The notes beneath the pieces were generated by a model. The model worked only from the letters and a program-made list of their open reading frames with translations, did no database searches and was not told the DNA's origin. 64,000 nucleotides of DNA. Origin: a virus. How positions within the stretch are numbered: position 1 is the first letter of the stretch; each line of letters starts with the position of its first letter. A program made the translations under genes and the position numbers. Of the stretch, positions 51,645-59,271 are shown piece after piece. The stretch is from IMG/VR virus record IMGVR_UViG_3300005731_000013, positions 103,977 through 167,976 of that record, one strand, 5' to 3'.

Positions 51645-52058
51645 TTAGTTTGTTGACGCAAAAATCAAAGTTGCACCATTTTCATTGTCTTCACTGACAG
51701 TGATCTCTATGCTGCGCCCTGGATATTTGTCATGAATTGTTTCTGCGAGTTCTTGTGCGATCATTTCACAGCTTTTATAATCCAATTTCAACGTTTGTTC
51801 TGCATAGAGCTTTTCAAGCCATCGTTTGAATTGAATAAACTCAATATCTCGATCGTCATGAAATACTTCAATCGCAACTTTGAAATGAAACATGTGGCGA
51901 TGAGGATAACCCAAAAAGCTGACGTCATATTCATCATTTGTTGCCAACTTTGGGTCTTCCAATGCTGCTGGATATTTATGAATTCCTTCTTTTTGGAATT
52001 GCACAAATATCATACTATTTTTCAAAACCAATTTTTGAGTTGAGTTTTGAGTTGTCAT
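51645..52058 (-). CDS. queD: QueD-like 6-carboxytetrahydropterin synthase (T-fold)
   Basis: GIHKYP...HRHMFH His cluster, RDIEFI, SCEMIA, VSEDNENGA; deazaguanine context. Confidence 0.75.
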   Translation of the reverse strand: MTTQNSTQKLVLKNSMIFVQFQKEGIHKYPAALEDPKLATNDEYDVSFLGYPHRHMFHFKVAIEVFHDDRDIEFIQFKRWLEKLYAEQTLKLDYKSCEMIAQELAETIHDKYPGRSIEITVSEDNENGATLIFASTN

Positions 52059-52082
52059 TTATTAATCTCCTTAATGACCAGG

Positions 52083-52268
52083 TTATAAATTGTAATCTTC
52101 AATTACACGAAATATACTACATAAAGGATATTTGTGTGTAATGCGTTTGTTGTCTTTTTCAAACATAACACAATACATTGGCCCTTTTGTATATGCATTT
52201 ATTACTGTGTCATACACAATTGGTTGACTAGTTTCATTACGATGTATTTCAATCATGTTCGTCTTCAT
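52083..52268 (-). CDS. Small hypothetical protein
   Basis: 61 aa within the operon. Confidence 0.55.
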   Translation of the reverse strand: MKTNMIEIHRNETSQPIVYDTVINAYTKGPMYCVMFEKDNKRITHKYPLCSIFRVIEDYNL

Positions 52269-52524
52269 CCACTATAATTGATTTTATGTTTGTTGTCAAT
52301 AGGTTCGTGTCATCCAAACTGCTTTGCTCATCTAAATTATCAGTATCATTCGACTCTACATCAACCAAGCCTTCACGTTGTGCTCTGGCTTGTTCAATTT
52401 TAAGTATTTCCCATAATTTCCAATCCATTGATTTCAATGTTTCTAGAAGAACTGTTTGAAATTCAGTTTGGGTATTTTCTTGATTTTGCTCGTTATCATC
52501 TATTAGACGAATTTTTTTGACCAT
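52249..52524 (-). CDS. Hypothetical protein
   Basis: 91 aa; SMDWKLWE motif. Confidence 0.65.
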   Translation of the reverse strand: MVKKIRLIDDNEQNQENTQTEFQTVLLETLKSMDWKLWEILKIEQARAQREGLVDVESNDTDNLDEQSSLDDTNLLTTNIKSIIVDEDEHD

Positions 52525-52536
52525 GTTTATTTACTT

Positions 52537-52953
52537 TCATGTATTGAGACGATTGCGCAATTCTGAACTTGAAAAACGATGGTCACGTTTATTGAAATAT
52601 AACTGAATACCACGCTTCTTACATATATCTTTTCCTGTAAAATCTTTATCTTTATATTCGTCACCTAAGATACGAACATCAATTTGCACAAGTGATAAAA
52701 TGTCTTCTAAATCTTGTTCAGTTTCATATGGAATAATTTCATCAACATATTTGACTGCTGATAATTGCACATATCGTTCTACTAAAGTCTGGACAGGTGA
52801 ATTTTTATGTTCTCTGTCCAGACTTGGGTTTACCTGCAACCCCACAATAAGACGATTACATGTTGCAGCTGATTCACGTAACATTGCAATATGCCCTGCA
52901 TGTAATAGATCAAATGCTGAACATGTAAATCCTGTGTTGTAAGGTGCTGACAT
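52537..52953 (-). CDS. Cytidylyltransferase-family protein (TagD/HldE-C-terminal-like)
   Basis: FDLLHAGH (HxGH), LIVGL, ER...L.AVKYVDEI, RFSSSELR. Confidence 0.88.
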   Translation of the reverse strand: MSAPYNTGFTCSAFDLLHAGHIAMLRESAATCNRLIVGLQVNPSLDREHKNSPVQTLVERYVQLSAVKYVDEIIPYETEQDLEDILSLVQIDVRILGDEYKDKDFTGKDICKKRGIQLYFNKRDHRFSSSELRNRLNT

Positions 52954-52954
52954 A

Positions 52955-53701
52955 TTAATGGCTCATTGCAGGTAGGATATAGCGATATAACCCAATACCA
53001 CTGTCAACTTCAATTTGACATGCACCTGCATCACTGAACTGAACTACAATTGTTCCGCCAAGTTTAAGGATATTCAAAAAAGTAACTAGTGGCCAACTCC
53101 ATGTAGTATTCAATGTGCCATCAATATTTTCAGCAAATACACGCCGCCCAACAATACCTCCTTCAGTGCTACCAACTTCAAAAACAAGATTGCCGTCTTC
53201 AGTTTTCACACTAAACGCAGGATCGATCCCACTGTAAATTCCTGCGACTTCACTCAATTGGCCAATCCGTTTGATTGCTGGTTGAATTGTGACATCCCAA
53301 TTCGCTCCTCGGAATTGCGCAACTTTCATTGCTTGATCAATAATTTCTTTACTCATAAATCGATATTGATCTTTATTGCCATCACCATCTTTAAAAATAA
53401 GAGTAGTAGGCATTTCTACATCATTCCGTGTGTCACGGATGATTTCAATTGAAGCATCATCACCTTGATAATTGGAAAGCTTTGTAAGGCTGCTTAATAG
53501 CCCCAAACTGCCCATTCCGAATTCACCATCAAAGTCAGATACAACATCATGAAGCTTCGCTTCTAGAATGACAGTTTTATCACTATCAATTGCTGCTAAT
53601 GTGGTGCCGCCGTCATCATCGCTTATGATTTTGATATTTTCGATAATACCTAGCCCACTTGTATGCTTGATAATATCAAGCAAAACACTTTTAAGATCCA
53701 T
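52955..53701 (-). CDS. DNA polymerase sliding clamp (gp45-like)
   Basis: 248 aa, beta-rich, ends YRYILPA; directly downstream of the polymerase. Confidence 0.65.
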   Translation of the reverse strand: MDLKSVLLDIIKHTSGLGIIENIKIISDDDGGTTLAAIDSDKTVILEAKLHDVVSDFDGEFGMGSLGLLSSLTKLSNYQGDDASIEIIRDTRNDVEMPTTLIFKDGDGNKDQYRFMSKEIIDQAMKVAQFRGANWDVTIQPAIKRIGQLSEVAGIYSGIDPAFSVKTEDGNLVFEVGSTEGGIVGRRVFAENIDGTLNTTWSWPLVTFLNILKLGGTIVVQFSDAGACQIEVDSGIGLYRYILPAMSH

Positions 53702-53763
53702 TATTCATCCTTTATTTAAATTGATTGCCTAATATTAGGCATTTTTATTTTAACTTGTAACCC

Positions 53764-53792
53764 ATTATAACATAAGAGTTTTCTGTTTGCAA
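53764..53792 (-). promoter_or_regulatory. sigma70-like promoter for the clamp operon
   Basis: TTGCAA-N17-TATAAT with extended TG. Confidence 0.65.
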
Positions 53793-53856
53793 CCTTATCT
53801 GTGCTTTAATTTGAATAAAGTTGCAGGTTCTTTATTTTAGATCATGTTATCAGTCA

Positions 53857-56589
53857 TTAGAAACTGAACAAATCGTTAAAGGTTGTCTTAGTCTCTGCAA
53901 GTGACAGATCCCAATCCAAAGTCCCTAACAAGTTGTTGATCTTTTTAGTTACAATTGTTTCTTCCATCTCATCGTTGTCAAACGGAAGCTCTTTATACCA
54001 ATCAGGAATTCGCTTTTCATCAGTTGGGATACCAATGCTTGTCATTCCCAATGGATTTTGTTTGAGTTTACATACAATAGTTTTCATGCCGTCAGCAATT
54101 TCTAAACTATATTGATCATTATTCATTTCACGCAAACGGTTATAATTGATTGCTGCCATGACATGGCCCACGCCACATTTACCAGTGTTTTTCCATTTTG
54201 CAGTATACATAGTCAAATTGTTGACACGTTTAGGTGTCCCCTTTTCCCAAGGCTGCATTTTTCTAAACTCAGTTCTGAAATCACGAATGCGATTAATGAT
54301 ATGGTCTTCACTGGCGCCTTCTAAAGTCTCCTTCAAAATATCCTTAAGAAAATCTTGCATGTATTCAGGTGTATCACTACGCTTGATTTCCAAGCCCATG
54401 ACTTTGAGTTTGCCACGTTTGCCATCAGTATCTACTCGTGTTCCTTCATCATCATACACCAGAATCCCATAGCGTTTTTTACTAATGAATATACCAGTTT
54501 CACCTACAGTTTCACGAGCAGCGGCAATAATGCGACCATATTTTTCTGGACAGTTATGCGCTTTAGACATATAGCCTGGGAAAGTATCATTTACTTGCTC
54601 ACCAACTGCATCATACAGTTCGACAACTCTATCTTTATCCCATGCGAACTCACCACTTTCAATTTGATCCTTAAACACTGGATATGCACTAAAATATACA
54701 GAATCCGTATCACCGTAAATGATACTTTTTCCTACGTGATTGTATTCACCTGTAAATGCTTCATTACTTGCCGCAGACATATGTCTTGCAATGGTACGAC
54801 CAGTCAAAGTAGTTGATTGCCCGAGACGTTGATCAAAAAATCTACTACCTGGATTCAACAACGCACCATATAGTGAATTCAAATTAATCTTTTTCACAAG
54901 TTGGCGCTTATCCCAAAAAGCAAATTCTTTTTCTTTGCCTTTTTTGCCCCTAAACTCTTTTGCTTTCGCTTGAAGCTCTTTACGTTCAGCATACCAACGT
55001 CCCAACAAACTAGGAACCACACCTTGCTTTTCAAATGTAAAGATAGTGCCATTGCTTGTAATACACCAAGGTTTACCATTATGGAAGATCAAGTCATATA
55101 CTTCAGCACCTGAGCATTCATAACTTGTGCCATCTTCAAAGTCGATGTAAAGCTTTTCAACTTTGTCTCGTGCCATAACAAGTTCGTATTCTTTACATGC
55201 GAACTTACCATCCCAATACTTAGGGAACGGACTGTCTTGTTGTGACTTACCAAAGCGAAATACTTCAGCGAAGTCATTAGGGTTGACTACTTTCTTATCA
55301 AAGTGTTTATAAGTTTTGATGAGATCAGCAAGCCCTTGGTTAGTAAACGTATGCCGAACCTGCCCGACAATACACTCTGGGCTCATGTTGCAAGCCCGTA
55401 GAATTGACGGATACAGAGAGTTAAGGTCCATACTACCAATCCACTTGTGCAACCCTTTAACAGGGTTTGCAACATAGGCACCCGCGGCAGGAATATGTTC
55501 TTGCCCTCTAATCTTGTCAGGAACAATCAACCCACGTTTATGTGCTTCATTGACAATAGCTTGGTCAGTTTGCGCAACAGCGCCCATAGTGGTTTGAAGT
55601 AGAACCGTGTTAGCATGAGCAAGCAGGTTTGCCTGGTCAATATATTGCAACTTATCATCTAGTTTACGTAGAAGGTCAGTATCCTGTATGTTATACTCAA
55701 TAAACTTCTTGAAGTCATTGTTGTATAACTGATCCAAAGTCCCTTCATATTCAACTTTCTTTTCACCTAATTCATGTTCAGTAATGGCATCAAGGCTGTA
55801 ACTGTGCATGACATTGTAGGTGTATTTCATATAGAGTTGCATATAGTCAAGGTGGACACGCCCGACTAAATCGTATGTTTCAGCTTCTTTACCATAAGAT
55901 TCATAAGTCCTACGTTTAGGGCTTTGACCCCACAAGCATAGCTTACGAGTGTAATCTTTACCAAGCACTCGTGCAATACGATTGACAATGTATGGAATAT
56001 CGAAGCCTTCGCTGTTCCAACCTGACAAGATATCGGCGTCGTCCACCAGCTCAATAAAGGTTTGCAGCAACTCTTCTTCGCTATCCATTAGGATAACGTC
56101 GTTAAATGATCCTACAATCCCTTCTGCTTCTTCTTGAGACATTTTTTTAGGCTTAATAACAAGACAAATAGTCTTATCAATCCAATTTAAATGTACTCCA
56201 ACAGCCGTAATAGGATTGAATGGGTCACTTGGAGGTGCAAAACCAAGTTCTTTATTGAAATCAACCTCAATATCAAAGAATCCGATATGCAGATTTGGTG
56301 GTTCGGCATCCATATATTCATCAGCCAAACATCTAAAAGTAACATTCATATCACTTTCAAATAATTTTTTACCAGCAAACATTTTCTTTTCTTTATTAAA
56401 TGCTTTGCTGCTTGCAGTTTGAAATCGTTCTAGTTTGTCACCATAAATGCTAGTAAATTTTCCATTTTGGCTCGGATAATAAAATACATAACGTGCAGGA
56501 TATTGAACAAATTCCCGCTCACCATCACTATTTCGTTCTACAACATTTACAATATCACGATTTCTATCATGAAATGCATCAATATAAAT
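53857..56589 (-). CDS. Family B DNA polymerase (T4 gp43-like); probable ATT start
   Basis: Exo motifs FFDIEV, GWNSEGFDIPY, YNIQD; pol motifs DLNSLYPS, KINLNSLYG, YGDTDS, KKRY. The frame is open 69 codons upstream of the listed ATG, to an ATT 7 nt after GGAG. Confidence 0.95.
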   Translation of the reverse strand: MYIDAFHDRNRDIVNVVERNSDGEREFVQYPARYVFYYPSQNGKFTSIYGDKLERFQTASSKAFNKEKKMFAGKKLFESDMNVTFRCLADEYMDAEPPNLHIGFFDIEVDFNKELGFAPPSDPFNPITAVGVHLNWIDKTICLVIKPKKMSQEEAEGIVGSFNDVILMDSEEELLQTFIELVDDADILSGWNSEGFDIPYIVNRIARVLGKDYTRKLCLWGQSPKRRTYESYGKEAETYDLVGRVHLDYMQLYMKYTYNVMHSYSLDAITEHELGEKKVEYEGTLDQLYNNDFKKFIEYNIQDTDLLRKLDDKLQYIDQANLLAHANTVLLQTTMGAVAQTDQAIVNEAHKRGLIVPDKIRGQEHIPAAGAYVANPVKGLHKWIGSMDLNSLYPSILRACNMSPECIVGQVRHTFTNQGLADLIKTYKHFDKKVVNPNDFAEVFRFGKSQQDSPFPKYWDGKFACKEYELVMARDKVEKLYIDFEDGTSYECSGAEVYDLIFHNGKPWCITSNGTIFTFEKQGVVPSLLGRWYAERKELQAKAKEFRGKKGKEKEFAFWDKRQLVKKINLNSLYGALLNPGSRFFDQRLGQSTTLTGRTIARHMSAASNEAFTGEYNHVGKSIIYGDTDSVYFSAYPVFKDQIESGEFAWDKDRVVELYDAVGEQVNDTFPGYMSKAHNCPEKYGRIIAAARETVGETGIFISKKRYGILVYDDEGTRVDTDGKRGKLKVMGLEIKRSDTPEYMQDFLKDILKETLEGASEDHIINRIRDFRTEFRKMQPWEKGTPKRVNNLTMYTAKWKNTGKCGVGHVMAAINYNRLREMNNDQYSLEIADGMKTIVCKLKQNPLGMTSIGIPTDEKRIPDWYKELPFDNDEMEETIVTKKINNLLGTLDWDLSLAETKTTFNDLFSF

Positions 56590-56590
56590 A

Positions 56591-56848
56591 TTATCTCTCC
56601 TTTAAATCAGATGTCAGAATATACATCACCGTTTCTTCAATCGCATCCAGACAAATAACTTCTGATGGATATTTATTACTAGATGATTGATATCCAGTAT
56701 TGTTTAGTCTTGATACTTTAATCAGTTTCGGCATTATTTTTGTTAATCTGCAAATCTGCATTTTGGTAGCAGAATTTGGAACTGCAACAATACTACCAAC
56801 TTGCATTGCTTGTCCAAGTTTGTCATATACAGTTGTTTTAGTCATCAT
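56591..56848 (-). CDS. Hypothetical protein (SH3/KOW-like start)
   Basis: DKLGQAMQVGSIVAV pattern; stop lies inside the polymerase RBS region. Confidence 0.65.
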   Translation of the reverse strand: MMTKTTVYDKLGQAMQVGSIVAVPNSATKMQICRLTKIMPKLIKVSRLNNTGYQSSSNKYPSEVICLDAIEETVMYILTSDLKER

Positions 56849-57041
56849 TTGTTTCTTTCAATAAATCATAAAATTTAACTTCCTTAGGATCAATCGTGAC
56901 CCAAACAGGATAGGTATATTTGCCTTGCACTTGTCCAAATGTAGTATGACACATAGAACAATGCCATACTGCTCCGATCTTATGATCTTCTTTAGAACAT
57001 GAAGCAATATGTCCACAAGAACATGCCCATGAATAATTCAT
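56838..57041 (-). CDS. Small Zn-ribbon-like protein
   Basis: CSCGH...CSMC. Confidence 0.55.
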   Translation of the reverse strand: MNYSWACSCGHIASCSKEDHKIGAVWHCSMCHTTFGQVQGKYTYPVWVTIDPKEVKFYDLLKETNDD

Positions 57042-57044
57042 GAC

Positions 57045-57302
57045 TTAAAAATCTCGCCCAATCGCAACAAGAATATCTTCCATGTCACTCAATGCTTCGC
57101 GTTTATCTTCTAAATCAGCTTTATATGCTGTTCTAATTGCTCTGTTAATCACTGCAGGCTTTAATTCAAGTTCTTCAGCAATTGCTTTGACAGTATCGCC
57201 TAGGGCTTCTTTAAGCGTATCTACTTCGGTTTGAACTTGAACACCTTCTGTAACAATTTCTTTAAGCTTTTTAATTTCAGATTCTGAAAAATTTCGTGTC
57301 AT
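57045..57302 (-). CDS. dsDNA-binding protein (T4 DsbA/GapR-like)
   Basis: 85-aa helical protein EVDTLKEAL.DTVKAIAEELELKPAVINRAIR; own promoter TTGACT-N17-TAGATT at 57357-57385. Confidence 0.6.
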   Translation of the reverse strand: MTRNFSESEIKKLKEIVTEGVQVQTEVDTLKEALGDTVKAIAEELELKPAVINRAIRTAYKADLEDKREALSDMEDILVAIGRDF

Positions 57303-57323
57303 ATATACATCTCCGTTAAATGA

Positions 57324-57356
57324 TAAATGGTGGTAGTTTAAAAACTACCACCATTT
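57324..57356. other. Stem-loop at the 5' end of the DsbA-like transcript
   Basis: TAAATGGTGGTAGTTT / AAACTACCACCATTTA inverted repeat. Confidence 0.7.
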
Positions 57357-57406
57357 AATCTAGCAAAAAACTTCAATGAAGTCAAATACTTATTTGGTTT
57401 TTATTA

Positions 57407-57697
57407 TTATTTTGTAATGCTAACACAAACACCCGACAGTTTTGGGTAACGATATGAAAAACCTGTGTTTGAATAGTGTGCATACATAACAGGCGCAAAC
57501 CCACGGGCCGCAAGCTCTGCATTAACACGAGTTGCATATTTTTCTACTTTTTTCATCTTGTATCTTGGCATCAAAAATGTTACTCGGCTTCTTCCATTTG
57601 CACGGCGATCTGTATAAGTGTTGCTGCAACCATTTGATACTTTGGCAGCTACAGCACGAACAGCATCACGGATATCTTGTGTTGTTGGAGTTTGCAT
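57407..57697 (-). CDS. Hypothetical early protein
   Basis: 96 aa, basic; behind repeated promoter copy 1. Confidence 0.7.
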   Translation of the reverse strand: MQTPTTQDIRDAVRAVAAKVSNGCSNTYTDRRANGRSRVTFLMPRYKMKKVEKYATRVNAELAARGFAPVMYAHYSNTGFSYRYPKLSGVCVSITK

Positions 57698-57702
57698 AGT
57701 TA

Positions 57703-57759
57703 TTCCTTTTGTTGCTTACAATACCAATATAAAGTAAAACGCATTACTTGTCAACCATA
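57703..57759 (-). repeat. Early promoter/RBS repeat, copy 1
   Basis: 57 bp, 52/57 identical to 58730-58786; TTGACA-N17-TATATT plus AAGGA SD. Confidence 0.85.
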
Positions 57760-57795
57760 ATTTTTTATAAATTATGGTTTTTTCTACGTTTTGAA

Positions 57796-57945
57796 TTAAA
57801 TCGAGCGGCGGCTTCCCCAAGCAACATTTTTGTTGCGCGAAACATCTGCGGCCTCGACTTCATATTCGTTCTTGAAAAATTCACATTGAATAGTAACTTT
57901 ATCACCATTCAATGCAGTAATAACACCCGAATCACCATAAACCAT
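57796..57945 (-). CDS. Small ORF (49 aa) not in the supplied track; possible gene remnant
   Basis: MVYGDSGVITALNGDKVTIQCEFFKNEYEVEAADVSRNKNVAWGSRRSI; fills the gap but has no clear SD. Confidence 0.4.
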   Translation of the reverse strand: MVYGDSGVITALNGDKVTIQCEFFKNEYEVEAADVSRNKNVAWGSRRSI

Positions 57946-57964
57946 TATTTTACAAAATAATGGA

Positions 57965-58204
57965 TTATTGTGATTCTTTAACCGTTACTTCAATATATGC
58001 CATTCTAAAGCCTTGGTTGTATGCCTTATCCCAATTGCCCTTACGGTCATTTGCAGGGCTGCCGCCATGATATAGATGTGCTCCTTGAACATCAGTCCAT
58101 AGAAACGCATCCTTTGCGTCTTCTTGGGTTGCACGGATAGTTTCGGGCAATACTTTAGGATCGCCCCAATTTGGATCTGTAACTGCCCACATATGTTGTG
58201 CCAT
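57965..58204 (-). CDS. Hypothetical protein
   Basis: 79 aa; AAGGGA SD. Confidence 0.65.
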   Translation of the reverse strand: MAQHMWAVTDPNWGDPKVLPETIRATQEDAKDAFLWTDVQGAHLYHGGSPANDRKGNWDKAYNQGFRMAYIEVTVKESQ

Positions 58205-58235
58205 TATTCATTCCCTTCAAAAATATAAACTTGTA

Positions 58236-58463
58236 TTAATTTGGAATTTTCATAAAATATTCGCGGCGCGTTCCTGCGCCATCAACTTCATCTGTATCCA
58301 AATATTTGAATCCCGCAAATTGCCCTGTTTCAAACAACACACTCTCAATCATGTTTGCTACTGCCAAACGGCCTTCTGGGGTTGAATTCTTATCAGACAG
58401 ATAGTTGTTACCATATTCTAGAAAAGTGCGAACAGGCAAATTGATGCGGGTCGGGTTAGTCAT
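58236..58463 (-). CDS. Hypothetical protein
   Basis: 75 aa; TAATG coupling. Confidence 0.7.
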   Translation of the reverse strand: MTNPTRINLPVRTFLEYGNNYLSDKNSTPEGRLAVANMIESVLFETGQFAGFKYLDTDEVDGAGTRREYFMKIPN

Positions 58464-58723
58464 TATACATTCTCCACTTTAGTTACACGTCCATCAAAAT
58501 CCATAAACATGATTTGAAAAGGTGCTACAATTTCAGGGCGAGGATCTTCTGGAAATGCAGTGTCAGTAAGGACTTTGATGCGATAACCATCAATACCATA
58601 TGCGGAAATATATCCCTTTTCTACAACTTCGCCTTCAGCAAAGCATTCAGGTCTATCTGCCATGGGCTGGAAATCATATGCACGAACAATGTCACCAACA
58701 TTTGCAATATTTTCAAAACACAT
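58463..58723 (-). CDS. Hypothetical protein
   Basis: 86 aa, VGDIVRAYDF; behind repeat copy 2. Confidence 0.7.
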   Translation of the reverse strand: MCFENIANVGDIVRAYDFQPMADRPECFAEGEVVEKGYISAYGIDGYRIKVLTDTAFPEDPRPEIVAPFQIMFMDFDGRVTKVENV

Positions 58724-58729
58724 AACAGC

Positions 58730-58786
58730 TTCCTTTTGTTGCTTACAATATCAATATAAAGCAAAACGCATTGCCCGTCAACCATA
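58730..58786 (-). repeat. Early promoter/RBS repeat, copy 2
   Basis: TTGACG-N17-TATATT; near-identical to 57703-57759. Confidence 0.85.
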
Positions 58787-59236
58787 TTTTAGCTTCAATA
58801 TCATATAAATTTCAGGATCACACTTAGAAATGTCAGCCCACCCATCAAACATATATGATTTGCCTTTCCACCACCATTCAACCATTCCGTTATTATATTC
58901 AATTGCTGGGCCGTCTGTGCGATGGAGCTCGTCATTTACATACCATTTTTTATAATTTGGATCTATCCAAGCCGGACCATTGTTACGATGTATATTGCCT
59001 AAATTATAATAAATGTTAATCGATGATTTTGGTAAAATCCATGCAGGCCCAATTGTTTCGTCACGATGTCGTAACCCATGTGAATACCATTGGCATTCGT
59101 TATTATTGATATATTTGACGGCGGGATGGTCATTTACACTATGTAATTGACCACCCCATTCCCATTTCTCCTTACCTGTTTTCGGGTCAAAAGAATAGGC
59201 AAGATCATCAATCGATATTGGTGTGTATAATGTCAT
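58778..59236 (-). CDS. Repeat protein (HR.DGPA repeats)
   Basis: LHSVNDHPAV / RHRDETIGPAW / IHRNNGPAW / LHRTDGPAI. Confidence 0.75.
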   Translation of the reverse strand: MTLYTPISIDDLAYSFDPKTGKEKWEWGGQLHSVNDHPAVKYINNNECQWYSHGLRHRDETIGPAWILPKSSINIYYNLGNIHRNNGPAWIDPNYKKWYVNDELHRTDGPAIEYNNGMVEWWWKGKSYMFDGWADISKCDPEIYMILKLKYG

Positions 59237-59242
59237 GCACAG

Positions 59243-59271
59243 AGATTAGCACACAACATGATATATGTCAA
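59243..59271 (-). promoter_or_regulatory. sigma70-like promoter, probably giving a leaderless mRNA
   Basis: TTGACA-N17-TAATCT; the -10 lies 6 nt from the ATG. Confidence 0.6.

Noticed and set aside
53857-56589. Intein or intron in the DNA polymerase
   Set aside because: The frame is continuous at ~910 aa with normal motif spacing; no intein termini or homing-endonuclease motifs seen.
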